64,000 nucleotides of DNA, taken from NCBI GenBank assembly GCA_035513335.1, contig DATKCE010000039.1:6861-70860 (forward strand). Reading direction: 5' to 3'. The position numbers and the translations under genes are program-made. Each line of letters begins with the position of its first letter. The stretch's first letter is position 1. The notes under the pieces are model-generated. The model was given only the letters and a program-made list of their open reading frames with translations. It was not told where the DNA came from and searched no databases. Positions 40,297-48,465 of this stretch are shown here, one piece after another. The stretch is from Acidimicrobiia bacterium. Its GTDB lineage: Bacteria; Actinomycetota; Acidimicrobiia; Spongiisociales; ZC4RG35.

Positions 40297-41192
40297 ACCA
40301 GCACGTCCAGCATCACTGCGGCGAACAGAGCCGACAGGTAGACCGTCGAGGTGGTGAACAGACGCATTGCCTCCTCCGGATGGCGCACCACCCTCCACGT
40401 GTCCCAGAGGAACCAGGCTCCGAGAACGAGCGCCGCTATCAGGTAGATCCAAGACATGCCCCCCAGAGGAACCAGGAGCAGCGAGACTCCGACCATCAGC
40501 CCGGTGTAGAGCAACATCCTCCGTGTCGTGGCCTCGACCCCGGCCACCACGGGCAGCATCGGCACCCCGGCCGCGGCATAGTCGTCCTTGTATCTCAGGG
40601 CCAGCGCCCAGAAATGAGGCGGCGTCCAGTAGAAGACGATGAGGAACAGGACCCAAGCAGGCAACCCGACCGTCCCCGACACCGCAGCCCAACCGACCAG
40701 GACCGGAGCGGCCCCGGCCGCACCTCCTATCACGATGTTCTGCACCGAGGACCGCTTCAGGGTCATCGTGTAGACAAAGACGTAGAAGAGGAGGGCTGCG
40801 ATGGCGATCACACCGGCGAGGAGTGTGGTTAAGGCCCAGAGCCAGGCGAAGCCGAGGGCACCGAGGACGACCCCGAAGACCAACGCGTGCCGTGGCGCCA
40901 CCTCGTGTCTCGCCAGTGGCCGGGTCCGGGTGCGACGCATGACCTCGTCGATATCGCGGTCGTAATACATGTTCAGGGCGTTGGCACCACCTGCCGAGAG
41001 GGTTCCTCCGATCAAAGTGGCCACGACCAGCCATGTCCCCGGCCACTCGCCGGCAGCCAGGACCATCGATGGCAGGGTCGTGATCAGGAGCAGTTCGATG
41101 ATCCGCGGCTTGGTGAGAGCCACGTAGGCACCGACCCTGGTACGGGCGCCGGGGGAACCGTCGATTGCGGCTGGGTGGTGGAGTTCTGTCAT
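40293..41192 (-). CDS. ctaB: Protoheme IX farnesyltransferase (heme O synthase)
   Basis: Trimmed to the ATG at 41192 (MTELHHPAAIDG..), 299 aa. NMYYDRDIDEVMRRTRTRPL and YWTPPHFWALAL motifs. Confidence 0.93.
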   Translation of the reverse strand: MTELHHPAAIDGSPGARTRVGAYVALTKPRIIELLLITTLPSMVLAAGEWPGTWLVVATLIGGTLSAGGANALNMYYDRDIDEVMRRTRTRPLARHEVAPRHALVFGVVLGALGFAWLWALTTLLAGVIAIAALLFYVFVYTMTLKRSSVQNIVIGGAAGAAPVLVGWAAVSGTVGLPAWVLFLIVFYWTPPHFWALALRYKDDYAAAGVPMLPVVAGVEATTRRMLLYTGLMVGVSLLLVPLGGMSWIYLIAALVLGAWFLWDTWRVVRHPEEAMRLFTTSTVYLSALFAAVMLDVLV

Positions 41193-42484
41193 CCGGAGAG
41201 AATCAATAGTGCGAGGCTGGTCAGGGCGATCATCAGTACGAGCATCGCATACTGGGATCGGCCCGCCCCACCCCCGAAGTCCTGCAACGAGCGATCGTGG
41301 GCGAGAACGACCCCTGCGAGATGCCCCCCGACGATAAACGCCACCTGGGACAACCAGACAGGGGTCGAGGTGCGGATGAAGAAGTCGACCCGGTAGTCGG
41401 AGGTGCCGAATAGGTCCCAGCCGAGACCGAACGGATCCGACAGGGCGGCAACCATCTGCTGGCCTTCGAAAAGGACGAGGGTGAAATAGTGGGAGAGGGC
41501 GTAGGCGAGCCCGATCGGGATGAGGGTGTGGGCAAAGCGCTGCGCCACCTCCAGTGGCCGCCACCCACCCCCCGACAGCCGGGCGGCGATGGCGCAGGCC
41601 AGGTAGTAGCCGAGGGCGACCACGGCGACAGACACCAGCAGCAGGACCGTGCGTCCCCCCGTGGTGTCGACCAGGCCTCCACCGAGGGCCCGAAGCCACT
41701 CGGAGCCCACGGCCCCGTCATAGGAGACCGTGGCGATCATGACCACGGCGAAGACCCACAACCCGGGCCATTCCGGGATCACGGCGAGAGCGCGCAGCCA
41801 GCCGCGCCACACCACCTCGCCGTGCCGATTCCGGCCCAGCGGTGATATCGCCGAGATCAACCTGTTGTACGGGGTGAAGAAATCGAAGACCGCCAGACCG
41901 GACTCCCGGCCGGCCCACGACATCGCCCCGAGCAGGAAGACCGTGTAACCGAGCACGACGAATCCGAGCGTCGTGGGGTCGCCGGGGTGGGGGCTGACCA
42001 GCTCGAACCAGGCGAAGGCCAGGAACACCACAGTCGCCGGCCACAGGCCGACGGTGTGTGGAAGGCCGATCCGCTCCTGGTTGCCGATTCCGAGCCCCCG
42101 GGCCAAGGTGCGCCATGGGTTGAGATCGGCATACCAGTTACCGATGACGGCACTCGTTATTGGCACCACCAGCCAAAGCGCGACCCAGACGGCGACGGGA
42201 GCCACGGTGGGTCGGATACGGGACCGCTCCATGCCGAGCAATGGAGGCACCACCTGGCCGATGACCAGGAGTAGCCCGACGAGGCCAACAGCGGCGAGGA
42301 CGGTCCGGGTGGGCACGCGAACCGACGCCCCGTCATACCTGGGCCCGTCCTGGAATCGTGGTCTGGTCCAGAGCATCCCCAGGGCGACGAAGCTGACCAC
42401 CAGCACAGCCGCCGCACCCACGACCAGGATGGATACGGGCAGGGGCAGATCGGACCGCCCGCCGATCCCGTGGGCCAGGATCAT
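41189..42484 (-). CDS. Polytopic membrane protein of unknown function
   Basis: 431 aa, about 12 hydrophobic segments, N-terminus MILAHGIGGRSDLPLP. ATGA overlaps on both sides. Confidence 0.75.
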   Translation of the reverse strand: MILAHGIGGRSDLPLPVSILVVGAAAVLVVSFVALGMLWTRPRFQDGPRYDGASVRVPTRTVLAAVGLVGLLLVIGQVVPPLLGMERSRIRPTVAPVAVWVALWLVVPITSAVIGNWYADLNPWRTLARGLGIGNQERIGLPHTVGLWPATVVFLAFAWFELVSPHPGDPTTLGFVVLGYTVFLLGAMSWAGRESGLAVFDFFTPYNRLISAISPLGRNRHGEVVWRGWLRALAVIPEWPGLWVFAVVMIATVSYDGAVGSEWLRALGGGLVDTTGGRTVLLLVSVAVVALGYYLACAIAARLSGGGWRPLEVAQRFAHTLIPIGLAYALSHYFTLVLFEGQQMVAALSDPFGLGWDLFGTSDYRVDFFIRTSTPVWLSQVAFIVGGHLAGVVLAHDRSLQDFGGGAGRSQYAMLVLMIALTSLALLILSG

Positions 42485-42906
42485 CCGACCACCCGGATGT
42501 CGAAGAGATGGATGTGACCGGTGTGGACCTCGACCTCGAAGACGCCGGGGACATCGGCTACGAAAGTCACGTGGAATGGCGTCCCCCCACTCATCTCGAA
42601 AGTCAGGTCGTAGCCGTGGACGTGGATCTCGCCGTCGGTGTCGGAGAGCACCGACACGTCCACGGTGGCTCCGAGGTCGACCTCGATCACATCGGGTCCT
42701 TCGACTTCACCGCCGCGGACCTGCACGAGAGTCGCCTCGATCGTCGTGGTCGTGGTGGAAGACGCGGTGGTGGTCCGATTCGGGCCCACGGTCTCCGTCG
42801 TCGACGGTGACACGGCCGTCGAAGTGGTAGCGGTGTCGACCTGGGCGCCTGATCCGCAGCCCATCACGGCCAACATGAGGAATGCGGCGACAGCCCTACC
42901 GGTCAT
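42481..42906 (-). CDS. Lipoprotein with a His-rich beta-sandwich (cupredoxin-like?) domain
   Basis: 141 aa. Lipobox LAVMGC, a Thr/Ser-rich linker, then EIHVHGYDLTFEM...PGVFEVEVHTGHIHLFDIRV. The fold assignment comes from memory of similar sequences and was not tested. Confidence 0.7.
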   Translation of the reverse strand: MTGRAVAAFLMLAVMGCGSGAQVDTATTSTAVSPSTTETVGPNRTTTASSTTTTTIEATLVQVRGGEVEGPDVIEVDLGATVDVSVLSDTDGEIHVHGYDLTFEMSGGTPFHVTFVADVPGVFEVEVHTGHIHLFDIRVVG

Positions 42907-42963
42907 GGCGAAACGCTAGAGGAGCGGGCGGGTTGTCAGGCAACGTGCCTCTAGTCTCCCCCT

Positions 42964-45471
42964 GTGCGCTGGATGAGGCGAATCGTCGTTTTCCTCTCGG
43001 TGGTGGTCCTCGCCGTAGTGGCATACGGGGCGTTCACCGTGCGCCATTCGTTTCCCCAGACCGGTGGCGAGATGGAACTGATGGGCCTCGACGCCCGCGT
43101 CGACGTGGCCCGCGACGAGCTCGGGGTGCCCCACATCTACGCCTCCACAGAGCACGACCTCTTCTTCGCGCAAGGGTTCACCCACGCCCAGGACCGTTTC
43201 TGGCAGATGGACTTCTGGCGGCATATCGGAGCCGGGCGTCTCGCCGAGCTGTTCGGGAGCTCTCAGCTCGAGACAGACGTGTTCCTCCGCTCGCTCGGCT
43301 TCGAGGCCCTGGCCGAAGAGGAGTGGGCGCGAATCGGCTCGCCGAGCAGAGAGATACTCCAGGCCTATGCCGACGGAGTCAACGCCTATCTGGAGACGCG
43401 TTCTGGCGCCGAGGTCAGTCTCGAGTACGCCGTTCTCGCCCTGCAGAACTCCGAGTACGAGATCGAGCCCTGGACGCCGGTGGACACGCTGATGTGGCCC
43501 AAGGTGATGGCCTGGGACCTCGCCGGGAACCTGGGCGCCGAGATCGGCCGCGCGGTGTTGGGAATCGGGCTGAGCCCCGAACGGGTGGAACAGCTCTACC
43601 CGCCGATGTCCGACGACAAGCCGGTCATCGTGGAGTCCGGCCAGGATTTGGCCAGGGACGCCGCCACCCGAGCCCATATCTCCGAAGAGATGGTCGCTCC
43701 CCTGCTGGCGGCCCGGGACGGCATCGACCGGGTGATGGGGGTCACCGGAGGCGGGTTCGAGGGGATCGGATCGAACAATTGGGTGATCGGCGGTGCCATG
43801 ACCGCCTCCGGGCTGCCCGTCCTGGCCAACGACACCCACCTCGCCAACCAGATGCCCTCGATCTGGTACGCCAACGGTCTCCATTGCGTCGAGCGATCGG
43901 ACGACTGCCGTTTCGACGTGGTCGGATTCAGCTTCGCCGGGACCCCCACCGTCGTCATCGGGCACAACGGCCACGCTGCCTGGGGTGTCACCAACCAGGC
44001 AGCCGACACCCAGGACCTGTTCATCGAGAGAACCAACCCCGACGACCCCCGGCTGTACGAGGTGGAGGGAGAGTGGGTCCCGTTCGACGTGAGGAGGGAG
44101 ATCTTTCGGGTGGCCGGTGGGGACGAGGTGACGACCGAGATCCTGGTCAGCCGGCACGGGCCTGTGATCTCCGGCACCTATATCGAGGGTGGAGCCTTCG
44201 GCGAATCTTCCACCGTGGTCACACCCGGCGAGCACCAGGTGGCCCTGTCGTGGAGGGCTCTCGAGCCGTCTTCGATCGTCGAGGCTTTCGCCGGCATCAA
44301 CATGGCGCGGAGCTATGAGGAGTTCGCCGACGCCATCGCTCTCTGGGACATCGTTCCCCAGAACCTCGTCTACGCCGACGTGGAAGGGAACATCGCCTAC
44401 TTCGCCACCGGGGAGGTCCCGTTACGAGCCTCCGGCGACGGGCGCTATCCGGTGCCGGGATGGACCTCCGAACACGACTGGACCGGGTTCGTGTCCCCAG
44501 ACGACATGCCCCGCATGCTCAACCCGCCCCAGGGTTTCATCCAGTCGGCCAACCAATCCGTTCTCCGACCGGGGCTGCCACCGCTGATCGGCACGGACAG
44601 CGCCCACGGCTATCGGGCGCAGCGGATCGTGGACTTGCTTGCCGCCGGCCCCCATGACGTTGCGTCGAGCCAGCAGATGCAGATGGACGGTCGTGACGGT
44701 GGCGCCGAGATCGTGGTGCCCTACCTGCTGGAGGTCGAGGCGGCCGACGACCCGACGGTGGGCCGGGTCCAGGAGCAACTCGAAGGCTGGTCGAGCGGAG
44801 CCGGCTCCTTCCAGGCCGACCCCCGCTCCACCGCGGCCGCGGTCTACATGGCGACCTGGCGTCACCTGTTGGCGAACACCTTCCACGACGACCTCCCCGA
44901 GGACTACTGGCCCAGTGGGGGGAGCCGCTGGGTCGAAGTGATGCGCCATCTCCTGGAGCGACCCGACGACCCCTGGTGGAACGACACCACGACACCGAAG
45001 ATGGAGACCCGGGACGAGATCCTGGTGGCGTCGATGAGTGACGCCTATCGAGAGCTCACCGAGTTGCTCGGTGACGACGACTCCTCGTGGACGTGGGGCC
45101 AGCTCCACATCGCCCGCTTCGAGAACCAGACCCTGGGTCAATCGGGCATCGGTGTCATCGAATGGCTGTTCAACCGGACCGCACCAGCACGGGTCGGGGG
45201 TAGCGAGACCGTTCTCAACGCGGTCGGCTGGGACACCGCCAGCTCCTATGAGGTCGATTGGGTGCCGTCGCAGCGAATGGTCATCGATCTGGCCGATCTC
45301 GACGCCTCGACGTTCGTCCACACGACCGGGCAGTCCGGGCACGCCTTCCACCGCAACTACGACTCGATGATCGAGATGTGGGTGGACGGGGAGCACGGGC
45401 CGATGCCGTGGAGCCGTGAAGCCGTCGACGCGGTGGCGATCGACGTCTTGACTCTATTGCCTCCGGGCTAG
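42964..45471 (+). CDS. Penicillin/AHL acylase family (Ntn hydrolase S45)
   Basis: 835 aa. GVPHIYA..DLFFAQGFTHAQDRFWQMD, and the nucleophile context GSNNWVIGG. Confidence 0.9.
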   Translation: MRWMRRIVVFLSVVVLAVVAYGAFTVRHSFPQTGGEMELMGLDARVDVARDELGVPHIYASTEHDLFFAQGFTHAQDRFWQMDFWRHIGAGRLAELFGSSQLETDVFLRSLGFEALAEEEWARIGSPSREILQAYADGVNAYLETRSGAEVSLEYAVLALQNSEYEIEPWTPVDTLMWPKVMAWDLAGNLGAEIGRAVLGIGLSPERVEQLYPPMSDDKPVIVESGQDLARDAATRAHISEEMVAPLLAARDGIDRVMGVTGGGFEGIGSNNWVIGGAMTASGLPVLANDTHLANQMPSIWYANGLHCVERSDDCRFDVVGFSFAGTPTVVIGHNGHAAWGVTNQAADTQDLFIERTNPDDPRLYEVEGEWVPFDVRREIFRVAGGDEVTTEILVSRHGPVISGTYIEGGAFGESSTVVTPGEHQVALSWRALEPSSIVEAFAGINMARSYEEFADAIALWDIVPQNLVYADVEGNIAYFATGEVPLRASGDGRYPVPGWTSEHDWTGFVSPDDMPRMLNPPQGFIQSANQSVLRPGLPPLIGTDSAHGYRAQRIVDLLAAGPHDVASSQQMQMDGRDGGAEIVVPYLLEVEAADDPTVGRVQEQLEGWSSGAGSFQADPRSTAAAVYMATWRHLLANTFHDDLPEDYWPSGGSRWVEVMRHLLERPDDPWWNDTTTPKMETRDEILVASMSDAYRELTELLGDDDSSWTWGQLHIARFENQTLGQSGIGVIEWLFNRTAPARVGGSETVLNAVGWDTASSYEVDWVPSQRMVIDLADLDASTFVHTTGQSGHAFHRNYDSMIEMWVDGEHGPMPWSREAVDAVAIDVLTLLPPG

Positions 45472-45483
45472 CCGCTGAGCCTA

Positions 45484-45539
45484 AGCGAACTCGGGGCGCT
45501 GCACTTCGCTGAGCGGGGCCTGCAACCCTGGGTTCGCGG
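45484..45539. repeat. REP-like palindromic element, family B, copy 1
   Basis: Arms GCGAAC.../...GGGTTCGC with core GGGCCTGCAACCCTGGGTTCGCG. Convergent spacer after the acylase gene. Matches 55603-55663. Confidence 0.7.
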
Positions 45540-45546
45540 ATGGTCC

Positions 45547-46449
45547 CTAACCGAGGAATTCGCGGAGCTCGTCCAACACGCGCTCGGTATGGGTCCAGAC
45601 CAGTTCGTGCCCGGCTCCTTCCACCTCGACCAGCTTGGCGTCGGGTATGGCCGAGGCCAGCTGATACTGCCAGCGAGGTGGAACCAGGAAGTCACCGGTC
45701 GGCACCATCACCATCGTCTCGGTCTCGAGCCTCCCCACCCAGTCAGTGGAATCGAACCGCAGCAATGCGAAGGTCGCCTGGGCGCCACTCTCGACGTCGC
45801 GACGAAGGGTCTCCCGCCACACCCATCGGGCATGTTCAGCCTGCACCGCTCCGGTAGCGATCAGATAGCCGCTGCGAACCTCCGGGGTGCCGAAACCGCT
45901 GATCCTCTCCCACCCTCTGGTCAGGACGGCACCGATCCATCTCGCCCATCGGTAGCCCTGGGAGTGGCTGGCGAACGCAGCGATCAACACCAGTTTGCGA
46001 ACCCGACCCGGATGACTCATCGCCAGCGCCTGAGCGATGACACCTCCCATCGAGTACCCGACCACGTCGACCTTGCCGATGCCCAGCGCGTCGAGGACAC
46101 CGGCCAGGTCATCCGCATCGTCGGCGACCTCGAACCGGAGGTCGCCACGTGCCGAGAGCCCGTGGCCCCGGTGATCGACCATGACGACCCGGCGGTCGAC
46201 CGCCAGCGTGGGCGCGATCTGGTACCACTCGGTGAGAGAGGCACCTGCCAACCCGTGCACGAGGAGGACGGGGACACCCTGATGGGGCCCCATCTCCCGC
46301 ACCAGGTATTCCTCATCTCCAACGAAGACGGTGCGGCCGGGGACCCGCAATGGGTGCTCCTGCGGCGGCCTGAACTCCGGCTGCCACCGCGGGCCGAACA
46401 ACCTCCAGAGGAGTGCGACCATTACCGCCCACTTGACCCACCTGATCAC
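45547..46449 (-). CDS. Alpha/beta hydrolase with an N-terminal membrane anchor
   Basis: 300 aa. HGLAGAS oxyanion region and the nucleophile elbow GYSMGG. GTGA overlap with the upstream ferredoxin-like gene. Confidence 0.85.
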   Translation of the reverse strand: MIRWVKWAVMVALLWRLFGPRWQPEFRPPQEHPLRVPGRTVFVGDEEYLVREMGPHQGVPVLLVHGLAGASLTEWYQIAPTLAVDRRVVMVDHRGHGLSARGDLRFEVADDADDLAGVLDALGIGKVDVVGYSMGGVIAQALAMSHPGRVRKLVLIAAFASHSQGYRWARWIGAVLTRGWERISGFGTPEVRSGYLIATGAVQAEHARWVWRETLRRDVESGAQATFALLRFDSTDWVGRLETETMVMVPTGDFLVPPRWQYQLASAIPDAKLVEVEGAGHELVWTHTERVLDELREFLG

Positions 46450-46868
46450 TTGAGGTCACCGACGACGAAAGACAACTCGTCGACGGGACGACCTGCGATG
46501 AGGTGCTCGTCGATGATCCGGTCCAGCTTCTCGAGATCTAGGTTGGCGTACCAGGTGCCCTCGGGATAGACGACGGCGATCCCCCCCTGCTCACAGATGC
46601 GGAGGCAGTCTGCCTTGGTCCGGAGCACCGTGCCGGTTCCGGGCTCCACCGGCTCGGGCTCGTGTTCCATGTCCCCTTGCCACTCCGGTGGTGCCGATGT
46701 CGCCTCCAACTGCTTCAGCCTGCTCTTCAGGTGGACCCACAATCGGTTGGTCTCTCCCCGCGGGGCGCACTTCGGGTTCGTCTGGTCGGCACAGAGGAAG
46801 ATGTGCCGGTGCACCCTGGGTATGGAGAGGGACTCGGCTATCTGAATCAGGCGTTGGTCGGGATTCAC
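46446..46868 (-). CDS. Thioredoxin-like [2Fe-2S] ferredoxin-domain protein
   Basis: Trimmed to the GTG at 46868 (VNPDQRLIQIAESLSIPRVHRHIFLCADQTNPKCAP...ADCLRICEQGGIAVVYPEG), 140 aa with four Cys in the typical pattern. Confidence 0.7.
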   Translation of the reverse strand: MNPDQRLIQIAESLSIPRVHRHIFLCADQTNPKCAPRGETNRLWVHLKSRLKQLEATSAPPEWQGDMEHEPEPVEPGTGTVLRTKADCLRICEQGGIAVVYPEGTWYANLDLEKLDRIIDEHLIAGRPVDELSFVVGDLK

Positions 46869-46876
46869 CGGGACAG

Positions 46877-47899
46877 TTAAGTCACCCGGATGACCTTCTC
46901 GGCAGTGACCCGGCCGATGGTGACGGCTCCGGGCACTGCAGCCAGGTACACGTCGACCCGCTCGGAGGGCAATGTCACGAGGAGGCCGCCTGAGGTCTGG
47001 GCGTCGATCAGCGGCTTCACCAGGTCGATGTGGTGCTCGGTCTCCAACTCGGGCATGATCGCGGTCAGGTTTCTCTGCGAGCCTCCGGCCCACATCCCGG
47101 CGATGAGTAGCTCGGATACCCCTTCCAGGAGCGGAACCGACGCCAGATGCACCTCGGCGCCCACGTCAGATGCCCGGCACACCTCGAGTAGGTGGCCGAG
47201 CAGCCCGAATCCGGTGACGTCGGTGGCGGCTGTGGCCCCCGCGGTCTTCAGGCCCCGTCCGGCCACGGCGTTGAGGGTGGCCATCACCTCGATCGCCTGC
47301 CGGGCGAGCCGAGGAGGGCAGGCTCCCCGCTTTATCGCCGTGGTGACTATCCCCATCCCGAGCGGTTTGGTCAACACCAGGGAGTCACCGATCTTGGCGC
47401 CGGCGTTGGTGACGACGTCACCGGTGACCGCAGTCCCGGTGACCGCGAAACCGTAGGTCGGCTCCGGTCCGTCGATGGAGTGGCCTCCGACCACCGTGCA
47501 GCCGGCATCGGCCATGACGTCCATCCCGGCGGCAATCACGTCGGCGGCGATGTCGAACGCCAGCTCGTCCCGTGGCCAGGCCAGATACTGGAGAGCGGTC
47601 AGGGGAGTGCCGCCCATCGCATAGACATCGGAGAGGGCGTTGGCGGCGGCGATCCTGCCCCAGTCGCGCGGTGAGTCGACGACAGGGGTGAAGATGTCCA
47701 CCGTCTGGATCAGGGCGCGCCCATCTCCCAGCGCGAACACGCCGGCATCGTCGCCGGTCCTGATCCCGACGATCAGGTCGGGATGGGAGACGGCAACATG
47801 GTCTTGTACGGGACCCAGTACCTGGGCCAGCTCAGCGGCGCCGAGCTTGCAGGCTCAACCGGCCCCGTGGCTGTACTGAGTGAGACGTATCTCCGTCAC
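46877..47899 (-). CDS. selD: Selenide, water dikinase (selenophosphate synthetase) with an in-frame TGA at the Cys/Sec active-site position
   Basis: The track gives only 46877-47740. The same frame continues upstream to the GTG at 47899: MTEIRLTQYSHGAG-TGA-ACKLGAAELAQVLGPVQDHVAVSHPDLIVGIRTGDDAGVFALGDG... This is colinear with the E. coli SelD N-terminus (IRLTQYSHGAGCGCK). The rest is canonical SelD (GRIAAANALSDVYAMGG). Confidence 0.85.
47821..47857 (-). other. Putative Sec codon (UGA, 47857-47855) plus a candidate SECIS stem-loop
   Basis: Sense RNA after the UGA: GCCUGCAAGCUCGGCGCCGCUGAGCUGGCCCAGG. Inner stem AGCUC/GAGCU, extendable with G-U and GC pairs, nested in CCUG/CAGG. It begins 2-8 nt after the UGA. 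Confidence 0.55.
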
Positions 47900-47933
47900 C
47901 CGGCCAGGTTAAGTCGCCTGGTCGTGGCAGGGG

Positions 47934-48341
47934 TCAGGCGGCTGCCGATGTGGTGGCCACAGCGTCCCGGGTCATCTCCAGGCGGGCCCTCACATCCTCG
48001 GCGATCACGTGCACGCGTCTCTCCCCCACCAAGTCCATCATCACAGCGGGATCCATGAAGTCGACCACCACGCCCTCGCCGTCGGCACGTACGACCACGT
48101 TGCATGGCAAGAGAACGCCGATGGCGGGCTCGCTGGCGATGACGGTCCTGGCGTACTCCGGGCTGCATGCCCCGAGGATCAGATAGGGATCGTGTTCGAC
48201 GTCGAGCTTCTCTGCGAGGATCGCCGCGACGTCGATCTCACTGACTATCCCGAACCCGTTGTCTGCGAGTGCCTGCTTGGTTCGGGTCACCGCTGAGTCG
48301 AACCCCTCGTTGACGGTCACGCTGAAGTGATACGACGCCAT
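47934..48341 (-). CDS. DUF302-domain protein
   Basis: 135 aa, GFGIVSEIDVAAILAEKL...PYLILGACSPEYA...IGVLLPCNVVV pattern. Confidence 0.8.
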   Translation of the reverse strand: MASYHFSVTVNEGFDSAVTRTKQALADNGFGIVSEIDVAAILAEKLDVEHDPYLILGACSPEYARTVIASEPAIGVLLPCNVVVRADGEGVVVDFMDPAVMMDLVGERRVHVIAEDVRARLEMTRDAVATTSAAA

Positions 48342-48465
48342 CTCATCTCCCTGTAGTCGAAGTGACCTCGAAGGTAAGCCCGAGGGCGTCGGGCCGGTAG
48401 AGACGAACGTCCCATGAGAAGGGGACCTACGGAAATGGCGCCGCGACGCCGAGGTCCCTGATCAT

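Noticed and set aside
39472-41699. Track ORFs of 524 aa (39472-41046) and 468 aa (40293-41699) taken at face value.
   Set aside because: Their N-terminal halves are Arg/Gly/Pro-rich read-through across the neighbouring gene in another frame. Internal starts give a lipoprotein signal (40296) and a normal-length CtaB (41192) with 4-nt overlaps.
42882-44318. Alternative-frame ORFs inside the acylase gene (42882-44318 plus, 42916-44235 minus), inside the MFS gene (18717-19862, 18668-19873, 19266-20294) and in the cta genes (36710-37828, 37750-38742).
   Set aside because: They have compositionally biased translations without motifs and overlap genes with clear family signatures.
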